Shown here: positions 63,551 to 64,000 of the stretch, one piece after another
Layout: every line of letters begins with the position of its first letter
How positions within the stretch are numbered: position 1 is the stretch's first letter
DNA from: Azolla caroliniana
Taxonomy: Eukaryota > Plantae > Polypodiophyta
DNA length: 64,000 nucleotides
Reading direction: 5' to 3'
Assembly (NCBI GenBank): GCA_043228905.1
Contig: JBHGNT010000153.1
Location: 451-64,450, forward strand
The notes under the pieces: generated by a model
Databases searched by the model: none
The model's input: only the letters and a program-made list of their open reading frames with translations
Told to the model about the DNA's origin: nothing
Translations under genes and position numbers: made by a program

Positions 63551-63805
63551 TTACGATGGATCTTTCTTCTGAAGTGAGAAGATCTCCCCTGTAGTATCTG
63601 AAGGAAAAGAAAATGTACTGTCCCCAGGAATCCTGCCAGAATCTTGAACATGTCCATCCTTGGATGAACCTCTTTTATCATTAATGTCTTCCTTTGATGG
63701 AATGTGTGTTCTGTTACCATGAACAATGTTCTTGTATATTGTAAGGGCTTGTGCTACCATACTTGACGGATCACCCGCATTGGTTGGAAGCAGCATGGTT
63801 GTTCC
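63551..63805 (-). CDS. Terminal exon of a stomatin-like (SPFH/band 7; mitochondrial SLP1/SLP2-type) protein; the gene continues beyond the window
   Basis: After the acceptor tgcag|, the exon reads GTTMLLPTNAGDPSSMVAQALTIYKNIV, which matches the C-terminal band-7 segment of plant SLPs (GTTMLLP...NPASMIAQALTMYK). Confidence 0.8.
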   Translation of the reverse strand, partial: GTTMLLPTNAGDPSSMVAQALTIYKNIVHGNRTHIPSKEDINDKRGSSKDGHVQDSGRIPGDSTFSFPSDTTGEIFSLQKKDPS

Positions 63806-64000
63806 CTGCATTGATTGGATGTAAAAACTGCAAATTTGAGGTTCGAAAATAATTCATGATAGAAAATTGCCAAATATCATGACGAATATGCAGCATTTTC
63901 AAACAATAGATCTAATTGATAATCATGAATGTTACTAAGTATGATGCATGTTACCAGCATAAACAGAAATTTCATTTGCTTAACAAAGTTGAATGTCTGC

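Overview
Eukaryotic land-plant nuclear DNA: AT-rich, with GT-AG introns and many microsatellites. It is most likely from a seed-free plant with flagellated sperm such as a fern, inferred from a CEP78-like centriolar gene. Ten loci are recognisable. In order they are a 5'-truncated HECATE/bHLH87-type bHLH, a LATERAL SUPPRESSOR-type GRAS factor, a 7-exon phosphoserine phosphatase, an atypical plastocyanin, an extensin/cadherin-like beta-sandwich membrane protein, an RLCK-V receptor-like kinase, a CEP78-like LRR gene, a triply frameshifted RER1, a divergent EUL lectin, and the last exon of a stomatin-like gene. Intergenic DNA holds decayed LINE, Helitron and Ty3/gypsy relics and a phased G-box cluster upstream of the GRAS gene. 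The most unusual element is the type I membrane protein that joins a His tract and a Tyr-free Ser-Pro(n) extensin rod to a bacterial-looking cadherin-like beta-sandwich, a TM helix and a YxxL tail. All family calls come from manual translation and recalled motifs; no database searches were run.
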